Source of the DNA: Octopus sinensis | Lineage: Eukaryota | Length of the DNA stretch: 64,000 nucleotides | Direction of reading: 5' to 3' | Assembly (NCBI RefSeq): GCF_006345805.1 | Contig: NW_021832127.1 | Location: 124,001-188,000 of the forward strand | Shown here: positions 50,761-62,234 of the stretch, piece after piece | Numbering within the stretch: position 1 is the first letter of the stretch | Layout of the letters: each line of letters opens with the position of its first letter | Position numbers and translations under genes: made by a program | Notes under the pieces: generated by a model | Seen by the model: the letters and a program-made list of their open reading frames with translations, nothing else | What the model was told of the DNA's origin: nothing | Databases searched by the model: none

Positions 50761-50949
50761 ACAAAATTTAAATTTTGCTGTACATAATTAATTGGATCTT
50801 TTGTTTTAATAAAAAATAAAAAATTTAATAAGTTGATAACACCCCACGTGCTTCACAAACTTCCAAACTTCTTTTTTAATTTTTAATATTAAATAAAGAA
50901 AAAAGTCAATTTATTGCAATCCATTTTTTGTCGGGCACTATAGTAATTC

Positions 50950-51590
50950 GGTAATGTCGTCATATTTGGACCCCCACGTTGTCTTTCCGCTCTTTAAGGA
51001 CTGCCTCGAGGTATATGATAAATAGAATAAAAGATATGGAATCTCCTTGTGGAGTGCCCATATTAGTGCTAAATCTCTCGACTGCTTAGTTCCAATTTTC
51101 ACAGATAGATTGGTTTCAAAAAATAATGGACTTATTAGTCTCAGACAGTCTTCGTCAAGCGTTCTTTAGAACATTCATGAGTTTTTCTCTGTTAATGCTT
51201 TCAAAAGCCTTTGTAGGGTTAATTCAGATGATGTATATATGATTTTTGAGTATTTTTGGCATATTGATCTAAGACATCTATCGCTCCACTTCTAAACCCA
51301 CTTTGATTTTGTGAATGGTATTTTTCCACAGGCTCTCATATACGGTTTTCCTGATGGTTGACAGTGGAATAATTGACCTTAGTTCATCTTTTTCCCCGAA
51401 TTTTTGTATTGGGATCAAAACTCAATGTCTTGATAGAAGAGAACAGTGAATCTCCGTTGACTCGTCTGTTGACTCGTTTAAGCTTCTAAAGAAACTTCCA
51501 AACTTGTTTCCTTTTGTTGCTCAGACAATTCTCTGATTACAGGATCAGGCATTAGATTTCTGTTTTGGAGAATTCCCTGGCATTCAACAG
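50950..51590 (-). mobile_element. Degenerate RTE-like RT fragment
   Basis: QSGFRSGRS, KAFxSINREKL and TNMGTPQGDSISFILFIIYLE across frames. Confidence 0.7.
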
Positions 51591-53664
51591 TTGTTGTAGT
51601 TGTTGCATAACCCCGGTCTCACATTAGGGTATGAGACCGGCGGCTAGCAGAAACAACAGCGCCTTCGCGGGTTGCTCCCAAAGGACCTCGGGGGAGTGGA
51701 CAGCAAATTTCCTGCGGACAGGGAGGAGAACAGGGCAGCGGAAAAGGTGATCAGTTGAGTGATCTTCGGCACAGCAGAGGTTGCATACCGGGGAGATCAC
51801 GACGTTCAATGAGTGAGCGTAGGAGTTTAGTGAGTGGTGGTGGCCCGAGCGGAAACGAGCAAGGTTGATCTGAGCGGAACGCTCCAGAAGCATTTCGGAA
51901 GGGTGAACTTCCGGAGGAAGTTTGTTGAGGACAGAGTTAGGTTTCAGCCTTAGAATGGACGACGTTGAAATGAAGTCGTGGATTTTTTTCATTGGCTGTG
52001 AACATTGGTTTAGGCCATTGATTTTGGCAAGTACCCGGGAGTATAGTTTGGCAGGCGTGTTCTTCAATGCACGGCCGTTGTCATTTAGCGTGTTTAGGAC
52101 AGTGCAAGGGTGGTAGAGTTTTCGCGAAGCGAATAGGAATTGTGCTCCTCTCATGTTTAGATGTTCCTCTATCGGGAGAAGGTTGGTTTCACAGTGCAGA
52201 TGGTCGATGGGTGTTGATTTCAGGCACCCGGATATGATGCGCATGGCTTTGTTTTGAATTGATTGGAGAGCCACAGAGGAGCTCATAGAAAGACAGGGAG
52301 CCCAACTCGGACTCGCGTAGCTTAGGACAGGGCGAATGTATTGTTTATACACACGTTTGAGAAGTGGTTTCTGCGCACCAGTGATGCGACCACTTATTGC
52401 TTTCAGGATATTTGTACGCCTGTTAGCCTTGTCAGAGATCTTCGAGACATGTTTATTTAAGGACATTGTTGGGTCGAAGGTTAGTCCGAGAACAGTGGGG
52501 TGTTTTGATAGTGGGAGAACAGAGCCAAAGAGAGATAGGTTGGGATGTATGTTTGATTGTCTTCTGTCGGAAGATAATAGGGTGACCGAGGACTTGGAGG
52601 ACGAGGCCTCGAGCCTGTTTTCTCTGAGCCAAATCTCAACGGAGTGGAGTTGTTGCTGAAGGTTGAAGGAGGCAGCTTTGTAGTCTTCGTGTTTTGAGGC
52701 AATAATAATGTCGTCAGCGTAAGATAGTGTCAAGTTGTTAGGGTCGTTTGCCGGGAAGTCGTGCAAGATATTCAATAGAACTGTGCATGAGAAAAAATCG
52801 TCGATCAAGCTAGTGCAGGAGAATAGACTTTTGGAACATATGCCTCCGACCTTTAGCCAAAAGGAATCGGTTTTCACTTCAAGAAAAAGGAATTCACAGA
52901 GCGTGCCCTCGATTATAGTAAAGTTACGGACTTGAGTTTTTCGTAGTAGAAAATGGTTGAACCCATTCCTGGCGTAAAGCAGCTGCCCAATTTTAGATAC
53001 AGTGATCGGTATCCGGGAGTTCATAAGAATGGTTCTCTTTGAGCTTTGACTCAGTGACAACGATAATCTCTGGATGACCAGTATTTACCATCTCAACAAA
53101 GTCGTGATGGCGTCTTTTCATAAATCGGGCATTCACAGCAATGATTTTTATAGGAGCTATGTTGCTAGCGTGCTCCCCACTAGTAGGAGCTGTTGTAGCA
53201 TCTCAGGTTCCAAACGGTGAACCCAGCTGACTTCTCGGCGCACCGAAATTTTGGACTAAAAGACCCGGACTTATGCAAGGTTATCTGGGTTTTCGAAACA
53301 TTCGGCGATTTCGACAGGAAGTTAAACCTCTTGATCTTTTTCTGGGTTCCTTTCCTGTTTCTTCTGTACTGAGTTTCTTTTCGGGGTCTTTGTTAATAAA
53401 GTTTTTTCCAGTCTCTATGTTTCTGGGTTTCTTTTCAAACTTGTTGACTTGACCTTGAAATAATCGTCGTATAACTGAGTTATAAATTCTTGTCTGTTTA
53501 TTAGGATTTTTTATTAACAAACAGGCAAGACAACTGATGTTACTTAACTTTTTCATTCTTTTCATAAGTGTCTTTTTCGTGGTTCTATCGTCCATTTGAA
53601 CTTTGACCATATTATGCGGGAGGATTTCAGTTCTAGAAAGCAACGTCTTTGACAGAGAAATCAC
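51590..53664 (-). mobile_element. I-group LINE deletion derivative (ORF1 remnant, APE N-half joined to RT C-half, CCHC, (CAA)n tail)
   Basis: IKIIAVNAR...EIIVVTES (APE start), LSYADDII, VLGLTFD, IRPVLSYASPSW and CNLCCAEDHSTDHLFRC; the tail caacaactacaacaac lies near 51600. Confidence 0.8.
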
Positions 53665-53689
53665 ACATTTTACGCGCCAAACGAGAGAC

Positions 53690-53810
53690 CTACCTTTCCT
53701 GTCATCCCGTTGAAACGTTTTCCATTACCCCGAAAAAGACTAACCGGTTCCAAGATAGACGGGCATCCCGCGGAATCAAATGCCCTCTTAATGACTTCAT
53801 CTTTAATAAA
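53690..53810 (-). mobile_element. CRE-like RLE fragment
   Basis: VIKRAFDSAGCPSILEPVSLFRGNGKRFNGMT. Confidence 0.7.
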
Positions 53811-54299
53811 CAAAACCAAAAATTGATATCTCTTCGAATTAATCAATCTGGAATCTTTTATTTGGACCAGTGATTCTCAAGTGTGCGGTCTTTGGATTTA
53901 ATTGTGCCCCCGTAGTAAACTTTTAGTTTGTTATTATGAATATAAATAAATTTTATTTTTAATTAAAAATTGTTTAATTAGATGAATTTTTAATAAAAGC
54001 ACGGTAATCTCGCACACGTGTTATTTTTGTTTAGTTGTACCTGTTTTTATTCCACTTTGTATTAATTTTTTTGTTTAATTGGATTCAGAAGGAATATTTC
54101 GTGATGCAGTTTCTTTTAATGATTAAGTTATCTGAAATTGCATCATTTTTGAGATATTTTTTGATTTTATTCCTCTAATCTGCTTCCTTCACTTTTTTGA
54201 GATTTATCGATTTATTTTTTAATCTTCTTTTTTAAATCTCTTTTGAAATTTAATTGATTGATTATTTTATGGAGTGATATTGTATAAAATAAAGTATTA

Positions 54300-54881
54300 T
54301 GTCACCGTTCGCTGAATGGACCACGCCGTTGAGTGGACCAAAGGCAGCTTTGGTCGATTTGCGTCCGAATCAGTTTTTGAAATCAACCGATCTCCCTCAA
54401 TTATCGCATCTTTGTCGTATTTTCACTTTCGTCTCTTTATCACTTTGTCCGCTTTTACAAGAATGTTGTCATAAGCAACTTTTCGCGCATTTAAAATTTC
54501 CTCTTGCTCTTCATATCCAAGCAAATCATTTCGGTATTTTTCTGGAATGTCTTTAAGGTTTTTCTGGCCCATGAACAAATAAAAAGGAATCTTCTTAGTT
54601 GTCTCATGAACAGTGGAGTTGTAATCAAATACAATGTCTTTAAGAATTACGTCCGAATTTATCACGTGACCCACTTGCAGAATAAATCCATCTTTTAATC
54701 GATTGATTAAATCTATTTCTTTAACGATAACTTTTAAACCTTTCAACTTGGCCCTGGATCCATGGAGCACTTGCTCTGCCGAAAACATGTTTTATTGAAT
54801 ACTTTTCGCATAATTCATCCATAGCGGTATTCTTAAATTCCTCCCCATTGTCCGTGTGCAAAATGACCGGAGGCCCTAATA
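54300..54881 (-). mobile_element. Ginger-like integrase remnant, target of the adjacent hAT
   Basis: GPPVILHTDNGEEF...APWIQGQVER|FNQSIKRW, with a 27-nt intron (54713-54739) at the same codon position as in the 40.5 kb copy. Confidence 0.8.
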
Positions 54882-57040
54882 CAGTGGTTCTCAAACTTTT
54901 TTTCCTTGCGTACCCCTTGCCATCTAAATAATTTTTCGCGTACCCCTTATCGATTTTTAAAAAATTAAGGAAAAAAAAATTTAATTAATGAGATGGATGG
55001 TGTTGTTTATCAATCACTAATCTATCGATTTCTGGATCCTTTGACGAAAGACACACCCGAATATCATGAACAACATTCAGCCTCGCACGATGAACTGATT
55101 TTAAATTAAACAACGATGAAAATCCTTGTTCGCAGAGATATGTAGTCGGAAACAAAAGCAAAAAATCGATTATATAAAATCCAATATTGTGATATTTTGA
55201 TGTCATTTTACACCAAAATTCAATTAATGGTGCAGATTCAAATAAGATTTTTGACTCGTAAGAATTTATTAATTCAATAACTTCTTCTTGAATATTTGAA
55301 GGCAAAACATTAACTTTTACGGAAAAAGGATTGACAAAAAACTTAAGATCTACTTCATTAATTTCAGGTATATATTTTTCAATTTCATTCTTCAATCCAA
55401 GTAAATGGGAAGTTATTTGATGTTTTAAATTTTCTATTTCATTTAATTTTAGATGGAAAATGTTTTCATTCAACTTATCAAACATAGTAAAATTAGAATT
55501 TGTTGTATTATCTATCCACAGTTGGAGCTTCATACGAAAAGACCTACAATATTGCATTATTTCGTAAAAAACCTTGTTTTTTCTAAAAAGTCAACAATGG
55601 TAACTCCCTTAGTTTGTACCGATAAATTCAAAGCATTAATTCGCGAAAAAATGTCCGTTAAATAAGATAGCATTACACCCCAATACATATTTGATAACTT
55701 TGATAAATATAAATTTTTATTTTCGCGAAGAAAATATTCATAAATTTCATTCTTCAAACTGTGCACTCTGGAAAGAACATTTCCTTTGGATAACCATCGA
55801 ACTTCTGTGTGATATAGTAAAACCTTCTCATCTGAACCAAATTCTTCACAAATTGAATAAAAAATTCGCGAATTTAAAGGACTTTTTTTGATATGATTGA
55901 CAATTTTAATAACATCGTCAAGAACATTTTTAAGTTCAAGAGGCATTGTCTTCACAGCAAGAACATAACGATGCAACATACAGTGAAGATGTTTTACATT
56001 TGGATTGACAGATTGTACTCTACCTCGGAAACCAGAGTTACATCCAAGCATAGCTGGTGCTCCATCTGTGGTGCATGCACTAAGATTTTGCCAAAAAGGC
56101 CTATCATAAGTAAAAAATCAAAAATGTACCTTCTGTTTCAAAAAAACAATTAACTGCATCGAAAATATCAGAACCTTTTGTGTTTAAAGGTAAGGAATAG
56201 TTGAACAAAAATTCTTCCTTAATATTTTCCATATAAATATATCGCACATAAACGAGTAACTGAGAGCAATTTGCTACATCTGTTGATTCATCCAATTGAA
56301 TTGAAAATTTTTTAAAGGCAGCACTTTTTATTTCAGTAATGACCTAATAATAATTAACCAGAAAATAACTTGTTCTTTTATGTTTTCGGATAGATCTCGT
56401 ATTCTTCTATTGACGGTATCATTTGAACATGGAATTTTTCGAACAATATGCTCCAATTTATTGCCAGGGAAACATTCAAACATGTCCTTAATGCACGGTA
56501 TAATAAGATTCTCGGCAATTGTATGTGGTTTTTTGGCTTTTGCGATCCGATATGAAATCATGTAAGAGAGTTTTGATAGTAAAAAATTAATGTCAAAATT
56601 GAAAGAATCGTCTATTTTCCGAATATTATCTTTTTTGTTCTTAAAAAAGTCATTTGTTTTCCGATAGTTTCGAAATGATTAGAAACTTGATGCCGAGAAA
56701 GTAATGAAGGTTTCATGGATTCAGGGCAAAGAATCTTTTGGCAAATAATACACTGCGGATGTGGCACACCGTTTTTAATCACAAAATAAAATCCATAGTT
56801 GAGATAACTATCGTTGTATTTTCGAATCTTGTTAACAGGTAAACTCATAAGAAAAACTAGTAGCGTGGAGATTTTTTTATTATTAATTATTAATTTAATT
56901 ATGATTTTTATTATAATTAGAATTAATAACTTTTTTATGTTGAAACGAAAATTAAATAGATTTTCAAAAAATTTTCGCGTACCCCCTACAGAATTTCGCG
57001 TACCCCTAGGGGTACGCGTACCCCAGTTTGAGAACCACTG
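54882..57040 (-). mobile_element. Near-intact Buster-type hAT transposon; transposase has three short introns
   Basis: TIRs cagtggttctcaaac at both ends; perfect TSD ccctaata. Introns at 56344-56369, 56101-56129 and 55544-55572 join QLDESTD, TTDGAPAM, HCMLHR, TEVRWLS and FPTTYLCE. One 1-nt frameshift in an A-run near 56660. Confidence 0.95.
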
Positions 57041-57227
57041 CCCTAATAGAACACTTATTGGAATGGACTTACCAATATATAGGGTTTTCGGATCAATATA
57101 ATAATTTTTCGAATCAATATAATAATTTTTAAATTCAAAGAATTTTTAAATTCAAAGAAATTCAAAGAAAAAAAGATCAAAAAGAGTAAATTATCGTTAT
57201 TCTTGAATCACTTCAGAATTTGAGCAT

Positions 57228-58340
57228 TTATTCAAATACGTTAACATCTTTCTGTAGATGTAATTGAACATTGCATTGTGAAACTCCTCTTAGTTTTTTA
57301 AATGGTGTTTCATTTATAGAAGAATGAATAGTCGTGTTATATGTAAAAGTGCATCGTTTAATAAATTGGATCCAGTTTTTAGTTGATTCTTCACTCATCA
57401 GCTTTGAAAGATTTCGTGTTAAAGTTTGATTAAATCTTTCCACGGTACCCTGAAACAGATAAATATTGTGTCATTATTTGTGATTGAGGATGATTTGGTC
57501 TTCCGTAAATATGTTGGATTTTGTTTTTCGTGCAAAAAGAATCGAGATATTTATTCCTAAACTCAGTTCCATTATCTGTTTGTAGAATCTCGCAAAAGCC
57601 GATTTCTGAACAAATTTCTTCGAAAGCCTCAAAAATATCTAAATTCCAATATAAAACATAAATATACTTATTGCAGATTTATTTTTAACTCCTTTACAAA
57701 TGGCATACTTACTGTAAACATAAATGACGGTAAATATCCATTTGTATCCATCGTTCGAATCGTTAAATTTTTTAACGTCTATAAGGTCTGCTTGGAATCG
57801 TTCATTTGGTTTTTTGGCAATCACATGGTACTTAGATTCTGAAACCTGCTATATAAGTTTTTTATTTTATACTTTAAGTGGAATGGAAAACTTGCATATT
57901 GAGCACTCTTTGACGACTCGTTCGATAATTTTACGCATTATTGTGAAATAGGAGTGTAAACATTCCTGTTGCAGTTTACGAATTCCAGAATGGCTATTCC
58001 GGTGAATAGAATCTGCAATAGTTTGCATCTCACTCTCATTATCCATGCAAATAACTAGTTTGTGCTTTTGAAATCTTTCGTCTTTGAGGTATAAGCAGTC
58101 ATCAATGACAATAAATTTAGTGGATTTTTTAGTTAATTTATATTTTATTTGTCTTGAAGATGTCTGTACAGGTTGGCCATTTAAAATATTGACTATAGTA
58201 TGATATTCTGAGATATTTTTTGCAAAACCTATTATTACATATACAGGGGAAAACATTTTAAAGAGGACATGTTGAAAATTGAATAATAACGCTAAAAATA
58301 TTAAATATACCCACACGAGTAACGAATGATTAAACCACAT
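57228..58340 (-). mobile_element. Ginger-like integrase gene (H2C2 + rve) with three short introns
   Basis: HRNSHSG...CSIC, RFQADLID, VYSKYA, LQTDNGTEF and HPQSQ|GTVERFNQTL. Introns at 57849-57872, 57639-57667 and 57450-57477 (AT donor). No RT or RNase H upstream. The true start is probably downstream of 58340. Confidence 0.85.
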
Positions 58341-58497
58341 TAATTATGACATCTGACAGCCAATGACCTCGTAAAAATGATTGATTGACAGGTGACTTGT
58401 AGCCAGCATGGGATGCGTAACCACCATGGTACGCGACATAATAATATCAAGTTCAGGTAAAAATAATATCAATAAAATTCCATCATACTTTTGACAG

Positions 58498-58743
58498 ACG
58501 GGGAAGTCTGGATGAGATTAAATACCTACCATAGACTGCATTAATACCATTTAAATTTCAATTCTTTAAAATCAATTTTTATTAAAATAAATATTCGAGT
58601 CCGTGTTTCAACTTTATAGGTGATAATAAGTTTTCAAAAGTTAGGGGCTCCCCATTTTTGAAAAATCTCTCCAGTACAAAGCCCTTGGAGAATACACTCA
58701 ACAGGAGCTTTGCGATATCACAACCACACCCAGTACGGGATTT
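58498..58743. repeat. Dispersed repeat; uninterrupted copy of the sequence at 45830-45890 plus 46499-46689
   Basis: High identity on both sides of the junction ...taccattta aattt caattc... Confidence 0.9.
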
Positions 58744-59254
58744 TCCGTACTATGAGCTCTGACTTGATAGTCATTTTGAAAAGATCAAAAGTCTTCCTCC
58801 CTGTTGAATAATAACTCATTAAGTCTCCGAGATATCTGTGCTTTGCAAGCAGTTTGTGAGCCACAGATTGCATTTGCAACTTCGATGACATCCAACGACA
58901 TTTTGGATTTATTTAACAAAACTTAAGTGGTTTCTTTAATTGAATTCATATGCTCCATTTATTTTATTCAAACAACTACTCCAATAAAACGATTACGCTA
59001 TTGAGGATAGAATTTCTAACTTTATCCAATGGAAATTTGATTTTTCAATAAATTATACTGACTAATATTAAATTATATTTTTATACATATAATATTTTCA
59101 AAGAGGCACATGGTTTTAGTAATTCGTGTTGTGCATGTATAGAATATCATTTACTTTTGTATTTGATTGCCAACAGCATGCTAAATTATTATTGGTTTCT
59201 TGATGATTCCATTGACATAATCTTAAAAACTCTTGATCTATTTAAATATTACAG

Positions 59255-59500
59255 CTAGGTAGTCGAAGGGATTGTGAGGTAGTCAAGGAGCAGGCACAAA
59301 TCAACAAATGTCTCGCAAGAGCTCACAGAAACTTACTAAGACTTAAGTTGTTTACGTGGTTTATCAAATTTGTTGCAACTGTGATAGACAGGTGGAACGT
59401 GCATCTACATTACAACAAATGCGATATAGGAGAGGTCAAGCTAGAGAGGGGCATCAAGGAGACAGTATGTCTACGCTGGTGTTTGTCCTGGTAATCTAGC
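59255..59500 (+). mobile_element. R4/Dong-like RT fragment
   Basis: LGSRRDCEVVKEQAQINKCL...WFIKFVATVIDRW...GEVKLERGI parallels the RT at 20493-21011. Confidence 0.65.
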
Positions 59501-60899
59501 AAAAAGCAGTTATTAGTATACTAAATAATATAATTGCATATCATCTTGGGTGGTAATTGTTTTAAGAGGAGTTTTATTGGCTTAAAAAAGACTACGAGTA
59601 TCAAAGATGACTCGTGGCCAGATATGAGGCCTAAATCAATGCATTGTCGTTACCCGGGTCTTCAAGTCTAGGCCTGGGACAGATACGGTGCTACATATTA
59701 CTAATTTAAAGTAAATCTCTCACGTTGATTTAATAATCTTATTCTTAATAGTGTGACCGTTCTGAGCGAGATGTAAACATGTCGTTTACATTTTCCGGCA
59801 GGGCTATTTAGGGAATTTTTAATACTTTTGAAATTAAGGCACGATAAAACGTGTTACGGAGTATTTTCTTGGTGATGGAGCCCGCTATTTGCAGTTAAAT
59901 CACACCTATCATGTTAAAAAGAATTAGTGTCTAATATTTGAACCAAAATGTATATGTTCTTATTTCTACACAAATTCCTTTAGTCCTAGCAAATTCTACT
60001 TAATCCTTTTGGTTTGTTGATTTACCAAATCCTACTGACCTTTCTTCAACCACCTCATTTTTTTATATTCCTAAGATAATTTTTGGCACAGTTCAAGTAA
60101 TATGCCAACTAAAGTCAGAATCGACACACTAACAAGCTTCCTTAATTTCACACGATACGTCTCGTTCTTTTGTTCTATAATATCTGGAGACCACAGTTTA
60201 TAAGCATCCACAGCCTAGGCCTACTCCTCATCCTGCCCTGCTCCCTTCTGTCGTCTTAAAGTAAATCCAAAGAAAGCACAGATTAAGGAAAATCGGAGAA
60301 ACTCGACTTCTGCTTGATGTTTTAAAATTTGCATATTAAATCGGTATTTAAAAGAAGAATTTCTGACTGATCTTAACGCCATTTATGCCTCGTCTGCTAA
60401 TCATGTTTACTTGCGTTATTATGTAAACTGGCCAATAGTACTATTTGCGGTTTTTACGGGTTTTTTCACTTTTATATTTTAAGTAAAACGACTTAAAAGG
60501 GATATGAGATCGAGGCCTTCCGAACGGTAATAAATGTTTTTGCAACGTTTTTTCACTTTTCGTCATTGGATAAAATTATATATCTTTGATAAGCCTTATA
60601 ATTCTTTGGGTACACTTTATGACAAAATTTTCACTCACTACCCACATAATACGGTTCAATGGTGTGTATTGTCAAAGTTTTATTATCGGTTATAACATAT
60701 TTAATTAAGTATATGGTAAAGATGGCGTATATTATGACATTGGACGGGTCTTTGATAAATCCAGACATAAATTCTTGGTATTCTTTTGGTTTGTTGATTT
60801 ACCATAGACAATTAGTTCGTAGTAAAGTCATTTTTGACGAAATTTGGTTTTGGATGTCTCTGGTTATTTTTCAATCGTGGGTTAAGAAAGCATTTTGAA

Positions 60900-61410
60900 T
60901 AGATATTTCCCCCAATGACTCAAAAACCCGAATCATTTTCACAGGAACAGTCAATTGATATTCTACGTTTATTTTTATTTCAAAAATTGCCTCGACGATA
61001 AGCTGTCCGTGGAGGTACACCATGGCGGAAACAGAGTACTTAATGTAGGCCAACTAATTTGTTTGATCACTCGACGGGCTATATCAAGACTGAGACGTTT
61101 CCTCAATAGATGTGTCAGATCACAACCACACAACTCTATCATAACAGTTGTTGGCGTTCTACTAGGACTTATATTTTCAATTGTAAGTCAAAGTCGTGGA
61201 GTTTGATAATATTGACGTGGCTTAGAGTGTTATTTAGGATGGTTATCCAGTTGACTATGTTGTCAGAGATGGTGACGTATATTTTCTTCCGCGATATTAG
61301 TTTAACTGCGACTTTTTATTCTAAGGAAACAATTTTATTGGATCATTTCATAAAATCAACGTCAAATGAACTGGAGATAATCTATCGGGCAATTCATATC
61401 TCCTAATATA
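60900..61410 (-). pseudogene. Ser/Thr kinase remnant (ULK/Atg1-like N-lobe to alphaE)
   Basis: KVAVKLISRKK...ITILNNTLSHVNIIKLHDF, VMIELCGCDLTHLL...IARRVIKQI and SAMVYLH in changing frames; HRD and DFG are not intact. Confidence 0.6.
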
Positions 61411-61945
61411 ACAACTGAATCGTCTCCGAACCTAAAATATCTTAGGCAATGCAAATAAAGGCTGTCTCCACCAATATACTCCAAATTTTTAAGAAACTCA
61501 AGAGTTTGTAATTCATTGGGAACGGAAAAGAGGATGAATCCAGACACTGCCTGGACCCAACTTAAATATTTCAGGTTCTCGATTCGAATAGTTCTATTTA
61601 TAGTAATTTGCAATCATTACTCTTTAGGCATTATGTAAAGACTCCCGATTACGACAGAACAACGCTCAAATTGTTTGATGTTCGAATTGGTGATCGCAAT
61701 TTTATCATCCACGATTTCACAAACTATTTTTTTGTAAATAAAGACATTTCTAAACTATAAGAGTTGTTGAAAAGGTTCATTTTTATTGCGAGTCCGTCCA
61801 TTAATACTTCCCGTTGTTCACATTCCAACTCATTTTCACAATCGTGCTTTATTTTGTTTGAAGTTTTTTTTAGAAATTCGCATTTAGAATGCTTTTGGAT
61901 CAATTGAAAATTATTGTCGTGCTCATTAAAAATATGCCTGGTTAA
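61362..61945 (-). pseudogene. Receptor L-domain (EGFR/insulin-receptor type) gene fragment
   Basis: CEIVDDKIAITNSNIKQFERCSVVIGSLYI|(27-nt intron at 61594-61620)|LKYLSWVQAVSGFILF...LEFLKNLEYIGGDSL. The 5' end is cut by a Helitron; there is no TM segment or Tyr kinase. Confidence 0.7.
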
Positions 61946-61959
61946 AAATATAGATCGAT

Positions 61960-62234
61960 CGATAGAAAATTGATGTCGAGTCCATTCACATTGTTTATTT
62001 TATTCAAAATGCAGAAAATTATTTTTTGTTGGGAAGGTTTTAAGGACCTCATAATTGAGTATATTCTTAATATGTTAGTTTTTTGGTTGGAATATTTTTG
62101 GAGAACCTCATTATTTTGGTCTTGTTCCCCATTATTGGGCAATTATAAGGGAGTAGGATTTTGACAATTTATCTGTACTTTGACAATTTGAAGTTGGTGT
62201 CCAAACACAGACACATACCATTTTATTATTAAGA
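61960..62234 (-). mobile_element. Helitron family 5' fragment
   Basis: The A|TCTTAATAATAAAATGGTATG 5' end at 62234 matches the end at 39710, and the internal aaaatgcagaaaat block is shared. Confidence 0.8.

Noticed and set aside
58432-58438. TGTCGCG as the 5' terminus of the 57-58 kb integrase element, matching the MITE TIR
   Set aside because: The match is only 7 nt, no partner terminus or TSD was found, and the 7-mer also occurs at unrelated sites (about 6352 and 39970).
60659-60898. Plus-strand ORF with WYSFGLLIYH resembling kinase subdomain IX
   Set aside because: It is on the opposite strand to the kinase remnant and has no other supporting motif.
60900-61945. Intact EGFR or insulin receptor gene
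   Set aside because: No furin-like repeats, TM helix or Tyr-kinase HRDLAARN were found, and multiple stops are present.
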